From an uncultured Eubacteriales bacterium (GTDB taxonomy: Bacteria; Bacillota; Clostridia; Oscillospirales; CAG-272), in assembly GCA_934503195.1 (NCBI GenBank), contig CAKSVM010000003.1, forward strand, positions 10,267 through 74,266: DNA of 64,000 nt, written 5' to 3'. Made by a program: the position numbers and the translations under genes. Under the pieces are notes generated by a model. That model was not told the origin of the DNA and made no database searches. It worked only from the letters and a program-made list of their open reading frames with translations. Below, piece by piece: positions 42,970-53,300 of this stretch (its first letter is position 1; every line of letters starts with the position of its first letter).

Positions 42970-44906
42970 CACGGCAAAAACAGAACTCAAAGAAAGCCGC
43001 CTCTGACGGGCATCTCATCGCCCTCGCCGGAAATCCGAACGTCGGCAAGAGCAGCCTTTTCAACACACTGACCGGCTCGGATCAGCACACCGGAAACTGG
43101 ACGGGAAAGACGGTCAGCGCGGCCGCCGGGACCGTCCGAAAGAAGTTCGACAAATCGAAAGAAAAGCTGACGCTCGTCGATCTCCCCGGCACATATTCGC
43201 TCGCCGACGGTTCGCCCGAGGAACGCGAGGCGCGCGATTTCATAAAAAGCGGACGCGCCGAGGTGACCGTCGCGGTCTGCGACGCCTGCTGTCTCGAACG
43301 CGGTCTGATCCTCGTCCTGAAGCTCCTAGAGCTGACGCCGAGGGTCGTAGTCTGCCTGAATCTTATTGACGAGGCGCGGCGGAAAGGCATCAGCGTCGAC
43401 ACGGACGCCCTGTCGTCCGAGCTTCACGTTCCGGTGGTCGCGACGAGCGCGGCGACTGGTGAAGGGCTCCCCGGACTCGTCCGCGCGATTCACTCGCAAA
43501 AACTTCTCAAAAAGGAAGATTTTATTCCCTTCCGCTATCCCGAAAAAACCGAGGAAAAAATCGTCGGAATAGCCAAATCCGCGCCCGAAGGGGAAAACGC
43601 CCGTCTCTACGCGCTCGAACGTCTCCGTGACGATCCCGACGTCGTCTCGCGCCCGGTCATCGTCGCCGAGGGGATCGCCGCGTCCTGCGCCGTGAAATCC
43701 GGCTCGGGCTACTCCGAAACCGACCGCAGAATCGACCGGATCGTCATGTCGCGCCCCGGCTCGATAATCCTCGGAATCCTTTTACTATGCGGCGTTTTCT
43801 GGCTGACGGCGGTCGGCGCGAACTACCCTTCCGAGCTTTTGCAGAGGTTCTTCGATTTTCTCATCGGACCGATCCGGAGTCTCCTCGGCTTCCTGCCCGG
43901 AAAGCTCAATTCGGCGATTGTCGACGGGATGCTCGCGACGCTTTTCAAGGTCGTTTCGGTGATGCTGCCGCCGATGGCGATCTTCTTCCCGCTCTTTACG
44001 CTTCTGGAGGATTCGGGACTTTTCGCGCGGATCGCCTTCAACTCGGACGGCGTGATGAGCCGCTGCTCGGCCTGCTCAAAGCAGCCGCTGACAATGGCGA
44101 TGGGACTCGGCTGCAACGCCGCCGGAGTCGTCGGATGCCGGATTATCGAGTCGAAAAAGGAGCGTCTGATCGCGATTCTCACGAACAATCTGATGCCCTG
44201 CAACGGGCGGTTTCCGATCCTGATCGCGATGTCGCTGATGATCGGCCGCGAGGCGGGAATCCCCGGAACGCTCGCGGCGGCCGGGATAATGACGCTCTCG
44301 GTTCTCGCCGCGGTCGGCGCGACGCTGATTCTGTCGAAAATCCTCGGAAAAGTGATTCCAGGCGAAAACTCGACTCTCCGGCTCGAACTCCCGCCCTACC
44401 GGAAGCCGCGGATCGGTCAGGTGCTGATCCGCTCGATCCTCGACCGGACGATCTTCGTCCTCGGGCGCGCGGCGGCAGTCGCGGCTCCGGCCGGACTCGT
44501 GATCTGGATTCTCTCGAACGCGTCGGTCGGCGGCTCGACGCTGATCTCGATCGCGGCGGAATTTCTCGACGCGCCGGGAAAACTCATCGGCGTCGACGGC
44601 GCGGTGATCTGCGGACTTCTGCTCGGCTTCCCGGCGAACGAAATCGTTCTGCCGCTGATTCTGATGATCTACACCTCGACAAATGTATTCCCCGATCAGA
44701 GCGGACTTTCCGAGCTGCTGATCGCGAACGGCTGGACGGTTTCTACCTGCGTGAAGCTGATGATCCTGACGATCTTCCGCTACCCATGCTCGACGACGCT
44801 TCTGACAATAAAAAAAGAAGCGGGCAGCCGCGCCGCGCTTGCCTCGGCGGTGATCCCGACAGCGATCGGAATCATTGTCTGCGCACTTATCACAATATTT
44901 GTATGA
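42960..44906 (+). CDS. feoB: Ferrous iron transporter FeoB
   Basis: G-protein domain (IALAGNPNVGKSSLFNTLTG, DLPGTYSL) followed by a polytopic membrane domain. Overlaps the feoA end. Confidence 0.92.
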   Translation: MGLTRQKQNSKKAASDGHLIALAGNPNVGKSSLFNTLTGSDQHTGNWTGKTVSAAAGTVRKKFDKSKEKLTLVDLPGTYSLADGSPEEREARDFIKSGRAEVTVAVCDACCLERGLILVLKLLELTPRVVVCLNLIDEARRKGISVDTDALSSELHVPVVATSAATGEGLPGLVRAIHSQKLLKKEDFIPFRYPEKTEEKIVGIAKSAPEGENARLYALERLRDDPDVVSRPVIVAEGIAASCAVKSGSGYSETDRRIDRIVMSRPGSIILGILLLCGVFWLTAVGANYPSELLQRFFDFLIGPIRSLLGFLPGKLNSAIVDGMLATLFKVVSVMLPPMAIFFPLFTLLEDSGLFARIAFNSDGVMSRCSACSKQPLTMAMGLGCNAAGVVGCRIIESKKERLIAILTNNLMPCNGRFPILIAMSLMIGREAGIPGTLAAAGIMTLSVLAAVGATLILSKILGKVIPGENSTLRLELPPYRKPRIGQVLIRSILDRTIFVLGRAAAVAAPAGLVIWILSNASVGGSTLISIAAEFLDAPGKLIGVDGAVICGLLLGFPANEIVLPLILMIYTSTNVFPDQSGLSELLIANGWTVSTCVKLMILTIFRYPCSTTLLTIKKEAGSRAALASAVIPTAIGIIVCALITIFV

Positions 44907-44913
44907 CAAAAAC

Positions 44914-44945
44914 GGGCTGTCGCCAAAGTAAAGACAGCCCATTTT
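44914..44945 (+). terminator. Terminator after feoB
   Basis: GGGCTGTC / GACAGCCC stem followed by ATTTT. Confidence 0.55.
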
Positions 44946-44949
44946 CATC

Positions 44950-44974
44950 AACGCCTCTTCGTGAACGCCTCTTC
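44950..44974. repeat. Tandem 11-nt direct repeat
   Basis: AACGCCTCTTC at 44950-44960 and 44964-44974 (14-nt period). Confidence 0.8.
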
Positions 44975-45076
44975 CCGCTTTTTTCTCCATCCGGAACCCG
45001 GAAACGCAAGCCGACAGAGGAGGCGCGAGTGCGGGGGATAAATAAAAGCATAACGTGAGCAAACCGCGCGATGTAC

Positions 45077-45180
45077 GCCAGCGGGGGCTCCCCGCCCGAC
45101 GGAGGAGACGCGGACGCGGGGGAAAACTGAAGAATCCGTATAAACACCCGCCGCGTTGTTTGCCAGCGGGGGCTCCCCGC
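45077..45180. repeat. Two copies of a 19-nt GC-rich hairpin repeat
   Basis: GCCAGCGGGGGCTCCCCGC at 45077-45095 and 45162-45180. Each folds as GCGGGG-gct-CCCCGC. The second copy abuts the regulator's stop codon. Confidence 0.8.
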
Positions 45181-45825
45181 TTAGAGTTCCTCCAGCCTGT
45201 ACCCGAGTCCGCGCACGGCCGTGATCGAGATCCCGGTGCGCTTCGGGCTGAGCTTTTGCTTGAGCCTTGAAACCGTCAGCCAGAGGACGTTTGAGTCGGC
45301 CGCCGGGAGTCCGGCCGCTTTGACCAGCTCCTCGCGCGAGACGGTCGCGTCGGGGCGAGACGCCAGACAAAACAGAATCGCGAACTCGCGCCTTGTCAGC
45401 TGGATTTTCTCTCTTCCGATCGTCGCTTCGCAGGTCACGGCGTCGAGCTTGAGCCGCCCGAGCGATAATCCGTCCTCGATCGACCGCGCGCTCCTTGTCT
45501 TCGCGTCGACTCTCGCTAAAAGCTCGACCGGCGGACAGTCGGGCGGAACCGAATCGTCGCCGACCGAAAGCCCTTCGAGTATGTCGGGCACCGAATGACT
45601 CCTTGCGATCACGATTATCGGTATGTCCGAGGTCTTTCTGAAATTCTCGCAGAACGGCACAAAATTCCCGAAAAACCGCGCCGAGATAATCAGAAGCCCG
45701 GCTTTCAGACGCGTGGTGTCGTCGATTCCGACCCGCTCGACCTCGTATCTGCCCGAAAGCGCGTTCGCAATCGTTCCGATCTCGTTCTCGCCGACAAGCG
45801 CGAGGATTTTTCTCTCGGCTCTCAT
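45181..45825 (-). CDS. OmpR/PhoB-type winged-helix regulator with a degenerate (pseudo-)receiver domain
   Basis: C-terminal trans_reg_C (LTRREFAILFCLASRPDATVSREELV...AVRGLGYRLEE). The N-terminal receiver fold lacks the acidic pair (LALVGENE) and the phospho-Asp (LLIISARFF). Its start is 1 nt after the upstream stop. Confidence 0.75.
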   Translation of the reverse strand: MRAERKILALVGENEIGTIANALSGRYEVERVGIDDTTRLKAGLLIISARFFGNFVPFCENFRKTSDIPIIVIARSHSVPDILEGLSVGDDSVPPDCPPVELLARVDAKTRSARSIEDGLSLGRLKLDAVTCEATIGREKIQLTRREFAILFCLASRPDATVSREELVKAAGLPAADSNVLWLTVSRLKQKLSPKRTGISITAVRGLGYRLEEL

Positions 45826-45826
45826 T

Positions 45827-47083
45827 CTAGTACCTCAGACTTACGCGGCTCTTTGAGATCCGCACGCCGCCGTCGATTCCGGGCGTCGACGAGACGAGAT
45901 AGTTGATTCCCTTCGTCGTGATCCCGGCCTCGTTCGTCGGTCCGATCGTGATGCTTCTTATCGACCCGCGGATCAGATTTTCGTCGCGGTAGACCGTGTA
46001 GGGAATCGGAATGTTTCCCTTGCACCTGATGTTTATCGCCGTCCGGTCAACCGGCATATAGATAAGGCGGTATTCGTTCTCGGCCGCCATCGAGTTCGAT
46101 TTCAGGAAAAGCCCCGCGTACATCAGATGAGCCGCGACGACGCGGTCGGTCTGAAGCGGCGTGAGTCCGAAGCGTTTCGCGTCGCGGACGATGCTGTCGG
46201 TCATCCCGTCAAGCTCCTCGCAGGGGCGGTCGCAGGGCTTGTAGCAGACCGAGCCGCCGACCATGCAGTCGGCTCCGGTCCGGTATTCGCCGAGCGAATT
46301 CCGGTAGAAAAGCCCGATAGAATCAAATCCGATGTTGAATCCGCATTTGTTCGTGTAACCGCTCCAGAGCGTGAGGTTGTCCTGATCCTTCGAGAAGGAA
46401 ATTATGAAGGTGTCGCGGTTCATCTCCGAGACGACGCGGCCGAGCGGATCGTCGGTGTGCGGCGAATAGCTGTCCGACTCAAGCGCGCGGACAATTGAGC
46501 CGCGGACGCTGTCGTAGCGTTTTGACGAGAGGAAATTCGTGATGTAACGCCTCTCCTCGGTGTCGTTGAGAAAGTCGCACTGCGTCGCCCAGAGTTCGCC
46601 GCTCCTTATTATGTTCACAACAGCCGTAAGCGCGGTGTAATGGTAGATCTCACCTACATACGGCTCGACGAAATCGCCGATATATGGCGAGTCGCGGAGA
46701 AGCGTCTCGGTCGAGTCGGAATTCTTCACGGCGTCAAAATACCTCTCGCGCGAATATTCCTTTCCTCTGGCCACGATCGACTGGTCGAGCTGGCAGTCGG
46801 TGTGAAGATCGGCGAAAATCGCCGCCAGTCTCGGATCCGAACGCCTCGAACATAACCCTTCCATCCGCCTTATCACCGCCTCGTCGCAGGCGAAGAGCGA
46901 GAGATTGAAGAGCGCGCGCATATACTGAAGATCGATCTCGGGCGAGTCGGAATCGTCCGAGATTTTGCGGAGCTTTTCGCAGATCTCGCGAAGCGCGTTC
47001 TGATCCGAGAGCCGCGCCGAACTCTCGCAGAGTGCTTTCGCCGCGGCGAAAGCGTCGACATTCATGTCAGCCAGAGTAATCAC
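45827..47083 (-). CDS. DUF2971 family protein
   Basis: 418 aa. IYHYTALTAVVNIIRSGELWATQCDFLNDTEE matches the DUF2971 signature as I remember it (YHYTs...lw.s....lND..E). The start codon is uncertain (GTG 47083 / CTG 47074 / ATG 47065). Confidence 0.6.
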   Translation of the reverse strand: MITLADMNVDAFAAAKALCESSARLSDQNALREICEKLRKISDDSDSPEIDLQYMRALFNLSLFACDEAVIRRMEGLCSRRSDPRLAAIFADLHTDCQLDQSIVARGKEYSRERYFDAVKNSDSTETLLRDSPYIGDFVEPYVGEIYHYTALTAVVNIIRSGELWATQCDFLNDTEERRYITNFLSSKRYDSVRGSIVRALESDSYSPHTDDPLGRVVSEMNRDTFIISFSKDQDNLTLWSGYTNKCGFNIGFDSIGLFYRNSLGEYRTGADCMVGGSVCYKPCDRPCEELDGMTDSIVRDAKRFGLTPLQTDRVVAAHLMYAGLFLKSNSMAAENEYRLIYMPVDRTAINIRCKGNIPIPYTVYRDENLIRGSIRSITIGPTNEAGITTKGINYLVSSTPGIDGGVRISKSRVSLRY

Positions 47084-47113
47084 CTCCGAAAAAAATCTCT
47101 CTATAATAATACT

Positions 47114-47142
47114 ATTATATCAGATTCCGCGCGGTTTGTCAA
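47114..47142 (-). promoter_or_regulatory. Promoter of the DUF2971 / pseudo-receiver regulator operon
   Basis: Minus strand: TTGACA, 17 nt, TGaTATAAT. Confidence 0.65.
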
Positions 47143-47164
47143 GAGCGGGAAAAAGTAAAAATAT

Positions 47165-47182
47165 CCTGTCAAAAATGACAGG
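47165..47182. promoter_or_regulatory. Perfect 7-bp inverted repeat between the divergent DUF2971 and giant-gene promoters
   Basis: CCTGTCA-aaaa-TGACAGG. Confidence 0.5.
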
Positions 47183-47205
47183 TTCGCGAAGATGGCGGAA
47201 AGATA

Positions 47206-47214
47206 TGGTATAAT
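47206..47214 (+). promoter_or_regulatory. Extended -10 promoter element of the giant surface-protein gene
   Basis: TGgTATAAT with a poor -35, which suggests activator dependence. Confidence 0.5.
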
Positions 47215-47269
47215 AGATGATGTAAACTCCCAGTAATATTGGGATTATGTAAACTACCGGAGGTTTAAT

Positions 47270-47344
47270 ATGAACAAACGAATCTTGAGTTCACTACTCG
47301 TATTCGCGATGCTCATCTCCGCGATGCCGATCCAGACTCTCGCC
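47270..47344 (+). other. Sec signal peptide of the giant protein
   Basis: MNKRILSSLLVFAMLISAMPIQTLA|YF: basic n-region, hydrophobic core and an A-x-A-like cleavage site. Confidence 0.7.
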
Positions 47345-50300
47345 TACTTCAGATACAAGGACGACGAGATCTTAAAGCATGCGGAAAGCTCGCTGGAGAT
47401 CCCGCTGAAGGACTCTGACGGAAAAGTTTCGACACTCAATTATGACGCCACGTGGGATGAAATCTACCCCTTCGGCGCGTTCGTCTTCGGAAACTTCGAG
47501 GCGGCGATAAACGAGGGCGCGTCTGACGGAAGCCAGACCGTCACGATCCCCGTCTACCGTCTCGGCGGCACGAAGGGCCGCGCCGAAGTCACCGTGAGAT
47601 TTGACCCCGCCGCGACGAAAACGGCCGCGGACGCCGACTCATATTCCTACGCCCTCTCGGGACGCGACGACATTACGATAGAATACGAAAATCCCCAGCC
47701 GATCGCGAAATATCAGCCGCTCGGAAAGGCACACGTATACGCCGGCTGCGGGATCCTCGATAAGGATGTGACCGACGACGAGGGTGAAGCGTTCGCCACG
47801 ATCTTCTCGCTTGACAACGTCAAGGCCGACTCGTTCAAATGGCAGTTCACCGAAATCGAGATTAATATGTCCGGAAACGACGATATTAAGGTCATCACCG
47901 ACTGGACAGATCTCGCCGACGCGCTGACCTCCGAAATCACGGTTAACAACACCGATATCGTCTATGATATAAACAAATCGGACGGCGTATATAAGATGCG
48001 CGACTTCCGCTGTGTCTACACGGTCGATGGCAAGACCTATTGCTCCGACACGTGGTATTTCGGCGAAAGGTATGTCGAGGAGGAAGAGGAAGTCCTCCCC
48101 GAAATGCCCGAAAAGACACCCGACGCGGAGGATCCGACCTATTCGACGCTTGAGATTGAGGAGGAATTCGGCTCGGCCGCGTTCACGCTCGTCTTCGCCG
48201 AGGATGAGTGGGTCAAGAACATCATCATCACCGCGAAGGATGACGAGATCGGCGAGCTTCCCGAACTCGGACTCTTCACGCTCTACGAAAACAACGGCGG
48301 AGCTATCTATCACGCCGCCTCCACCTTCACGCTTCTTGTGAACGACGACGATCCGCTCGGCGAGTCGGCGGTCGGATTTGAGACCGCGTCAATAGAGGCC
48401 GATCAGGACGCCGGAAGCGTCTCGGTAAAAATCGTCCGCACCGGAGACAATTCCTACCCGGTGAGCGTTGAATACTCGACCTCCGATCTCGACGCGGCGG
48501 CCGGAAAGCAGTACTCCCCCGTCTCGGGAACCCTGATGTTCGCCGGAGACATCAACGAGGCGACGGTCACAATTCCACTCATCAAGGAATCGGCGCGCGA
48601 GGATATCCTCTCGTTCGAGCTGACCCTCTCGGATCTCAAGGGCGGAAAAGGCTCGGCCGCGATTTCGTCCGGATCGATCCGGATCGACCTCACAAGCTCG
48701 GGCAGATCGCAGGGAATCACCGAGGGAACCAACCTCGCCACGATAATCGCCGGATCCGCCGGAGAGGACGTCTCGGGTAACGTCTTGACCGGAGACCCGC
48801 TCATCCCCGAGGCCGGAACCCACGACGGAATCCAGACCTCGTCCGACGATTCCCCCTCGCCCGCGAAATACAACGACAACAAGATCGTCACCCGCTCGCA
48901 CACCTATGAAAAGGGACTGATCTTCAGCCGCTCGGATTACAGCGACAGCACAAAATACTGGCGCGACTACGAGCTCGTCGTCGGCGCGGTCGGCGGAGAA
49001 TACGCCGCCCCGATGTCGCTCTTCACGGTATTCAAGGCACCGGCCTTCACCGAGAACAGCGGCGGTTATTCCGGAACCAAGGCGAACTTCTCGGCGACTC
49101 AGAGTTCGATCCTCCTCCAGCACAACCACAACACCGGCTTCACGTCGCTGGAAATCGCAAACGCCTCGCTCCTCTTCTCAGACATAAGCTGGAGATTCAG
49201 CTGGCCGACGATCGGCGTGGCTCAGGCAGGCCGCAAGGAGAAGGATTACCTCTATGTCATGCCCTTCGCGATGGTCTCCTACCCCAGTGCCACGAATCCG
49301 AACGGAGGCGTGAAGGACTGGAACGGCAACGCCGCGAATTTCTTCTCCGCGAAGACCCGCGACACCTCGTGGAGCGGAAGCGACAGCTTGGCGATGATCT
49401 ACGGACGCGGACTCGGCTTCTCGTTCGGACTCTCGCTCAACAAGAACGGCGGCCAGTACCCCACATGGCAGGAGAGCAGCAAGGGCCTTTCGGATAACGA
49501 TACCAAGAGCGGAACGAACGGAAGCTCGAAGGTCACGCTCGACAATCTCACCCTCAAGCGCAGATATTTCGGAAATTCTACGCTCGGCTTCACGATCCAC
49601 ACCGCCAACGACAAGGACATCGGAAATCCCGGCGATTACGCGATCTTTGACGAGGACTCGACCGTCTATCAGAGCATCCGCCCCGAGGTCACGATCGTCC
49701 CGAACGCGGGCGGCGTCACTTCAGGCGGACAGCTCTATGTCGGCTCGAAGCTCAAGGTCGATTTCAAGAACCTCGCCGACTACATAATCCCGCAGGACGG
49801 CTACATCACCGACTATATCTACCTCACAGACAACCACGGAGCGGTCTGCAAGCCGCAGATCGAACGCGCGAGCGACTCGACCTACTACGTCACCCTCCTC
49901 TGGAGCGGCATGAACGAGACCTCGCTCTCAAGCGACAGATCCTATACGCTCAACGTCGTCATGGAACGCCGTCAGGAGATCTTTATTGACGTCGGCCCCT
50001 CGGTCGTCGGAAACGACAATGGCGCGATTTCGACCGCGTGGGATAAGTTCCTCTTCGAGGGCGAGGGCGGAAGCATCAATCTGAGATACGCAAAGTTCGG
50101 TTACAACACGACAACGACCAGATCCGACAGCCCCAAGCATTTCAAACAGAGTTCCGGCACCGCGACCTATAATTACGACCTCGTCGGAAACACCACGGCA
50201 AGCCGTTCCCTGAAGCTCTCGCGCAACTCCGGAAAAGACTCCACGTTCAGCAATCTTCAATATATAAACCTCGGTCAGGACCCTGACGACGTGATCCTCT

Positions 50301-53300
50301 TCAACGGCCGCTCGTATAAGGGCAACGAGAACATCTACCTCACTCAGGCCGACCTCGCGCAGTCGAAGCTCGTCTTCTATTTCTACGACTCGACCTGTCT
50401 CTCGAACCAGACCGATATGTCGATAACGATCTCCGACACCTATCTCTACTTCGACGTCAACGGAAACGGCGTCATTGACGGATATTTCGACGAGGAAACC
50501 GGATACTTCGTCCTCGACAAGGACGAGAACGGAAACGAAATCGACCTCAATCTCGGCATAATCTCGGGAAGCTTCGACGAAAAGACCTTCCAGCCGATCG
50601 TCGACAAGGACGGCGGCGTGCATCAGTATTTCTTCAAGGTTATCTACAAGACCTCGCCGCGCTCGCTGAAAGCCCCGGTCGGAGCGTCTGACACCGACAC
50701 GCTCAGAATCCTTCCCTTCTTCGCCTCGACCGTCACCGACGGCGGACGCTATTCGACGCTGACAAAGGAACAGCTCTCCTATCGCTACGTCGCCGCGGGC
50801 TATATGCGTACCGACAAGAACGGAACCGCCTACTACGATTCCTCCGACGGACACCCGATGTACGGTGAGGCCGCGACGAAGACCTCAATGATCGACATTC
50901 CGCTCGGCGGCGACGTCAGCCCCGTCTACAAGGAATACGACAAAACCCAGAACAAATGGCTTTGGCACTGGACCCCGAACTTCTGGGGACAGCTACTCTT
51001 CCCGTATGAAAATCCCGCTCCGATCTCGCACGATATGAACATGACCGGAGAAGCGGTCGCGATCGCCGGCGAGGAACCCACGTGGGATATCGTCGAGAAA
51101 AAGCGCGTCCAGAAGCTCAGCCCGGACGGCGCGGCGAGAGTCAACGGATATCTCGGCTCGCTCACCGGAAACAACACCTTCGGACTCGCCGTGACCGAGG
51201 AACCCTATGTCACCGAAAACGGCACGCGCGTCAAGAAAAAGCTCTCGTCGCTCGACGATATCGCGCATGACAGCCTCGCTCTGGGTGAGGTCAGCGCGAT
51301 CCCGAACGCCGATTATCTCACGCTCTCGAACGGCTCGGGCGATGCCGGAGATTCCGAGGGTGACGCGGCCGGAGCGGGTTCGATGCCCGAATTCGAGGCC
51401 GACCTCGGAATCTCGCTCCCCTCGACCGAATTCGGTCTCTCGGATTACGCGAAGATTATAATGGACGGCAACTCGGTCGGCTTCTCGATCGGAATCCCGC
51501 TCCTCAAGATGGAAAAGGAATTCCCCGGCGACAACAGCAACGCACAGCAGGGTCAGACAACTCCGACTCCCGGCGATCAGACCCAGCCGAACCCCGGTCA
51601 GGGCGGTCAGGGTTCGACGAATCCCCCGGCCTCCGGCTCGACCACTCCCGGACAGACCACAACCGCTCCGGCGACCCCCGCCACCGGAAACCCCAATCAG
51701 AACAGCGGCGGCGCGTCGGGTGCGACCCCGTCAACTCCCGGCACGACTCAGAATCCCACTCCTCCGTCCTCGACGACCGGATCGTGGACTCCCGCGCGTC
51801 CGAACGTGCCAACAACCACCGCTCCGAACTCCGGAACCCCCGCTTCCTCCGGCGGACAGTCGGGAAATCAGGGCGGACAGTCGGGACAGTCCGGAAATAA
51901 CGGAAGCCGCACCGGCGGAAGTGCTTCAGCTTCTCCCTCCTCCACCTCCACTGAACCCGCGACCACGTCTCTCAGCAAGTCCTTCAAGGACGCGAACGAG
52001 TCGATGGAAATGCTGAGGAAATTCGTCTCGACAAGAGGACAGAGCCTCAGCGAGGAACTCACGAAACAGCGCAACGAGGCAAAGGGCATGGGCGGCGTAA
52101 AGTCGAAGAAGGCCGAGGCTTCCTTCTCGGTCGCGCTCGTCATCATGTTCGAGTACAACCCGCTCGACAACGGATACTACTTCAAGACCGCGACAGTCGC
52201 GGCGGCGGTGTCCTTCGAGTTCACGCTCCAGTACCGCTTCACCTTCTTCCCGCTCCTTTACATCTACTTAAAGACCGGATTCGAGATCAAAATCTCGACC
52301 GGACTCGGCGTTGACCGCGTCGGCGTAGAGGGCAATGACGCGAAGGCGGTAAGCGCGTCGGCCTTCTCGGGCGTCGGACTTGAAGTCAAGGAAATCGGCG
52401 AGACCAAGCTCAAAAAAGGTCAGGCCTACATACTCGACACGACGCTCTCGACAAACAGCGAAAACAAAGTCACCGGACTCCACCTTTATATGGATGGAAG
52501 CTTCTATATGGAGGTTCTCGAGGGCGAAGGCGCCGACACCGAAGCCTCTCTCGCCCAAAAGGTTGACAGCTACGTAAAGGATCCGAAAGCATACAAGGAA
52601 GCTAACGGGGACGATTATTTCAGCTCCGGACGACTCAAATCGAACGGCGAGGATCCCGTCGAGGTCTACTTCAAGAAGCACGACGGACGCGTCATCGTCA
52701 TACTCACCGCGCTTGAGGAAGAGGCGCGAATCACCTCGGCCAAGGAAGTCACCGGCGCGAAGAGCGTCGTCTACTGGCAGGGAATCAAGATCGAACCGTC
52801 CGGCTTCATCGAGGTCGGCGCGGGAATCGGAATCGACCTCCTTAAGTTCGAGCTTTATCTCAAAGCGACGCTCGGACTCGGATTCAGCTTCGGCGCGTAC
52901 AATACCGATAAACAGGCATATGAGCCGGCGTCGTTTGACAGCTTCGCGCTCAGCGCGGCGATCGGATTCAGAGTGACGGTTCTCTTCTTCAACTACTCGA
53001 TGGATCTCCTCGGCTACTACCTCACGTACAATAAGGGCGAGGGCTGGACAAGCCAGTTCGCCGCGCTCAACGGCGCGGTCCCGCTGAACGGATCGAGAAG
53101 CGGAGCGTCCGATTCGTCCTATGTCCATGTCACCGGACCCGAAAACAACTGGTACGACGTCAGGGTCGACGGCGAAACCCCGATGACCCGCGCGTATGAC
53201 CCGACCGACAAGAACGCCCGCTTCCAGATCTCGGGCTACGGCACGAGCGGAGACGGATTCAGACTCATAGACGGTCTCTCCTCCGGATACACCTACAAGG

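Noticed and set aside
45077-45180. A CRISPR-like array, suggested by the two identical 19-nt repeats.
   Set aside because: There are only two copies, the spacer is 66 nt, the repeat is shorter than typical CRISPR repeats, and no cas genes are in the window.
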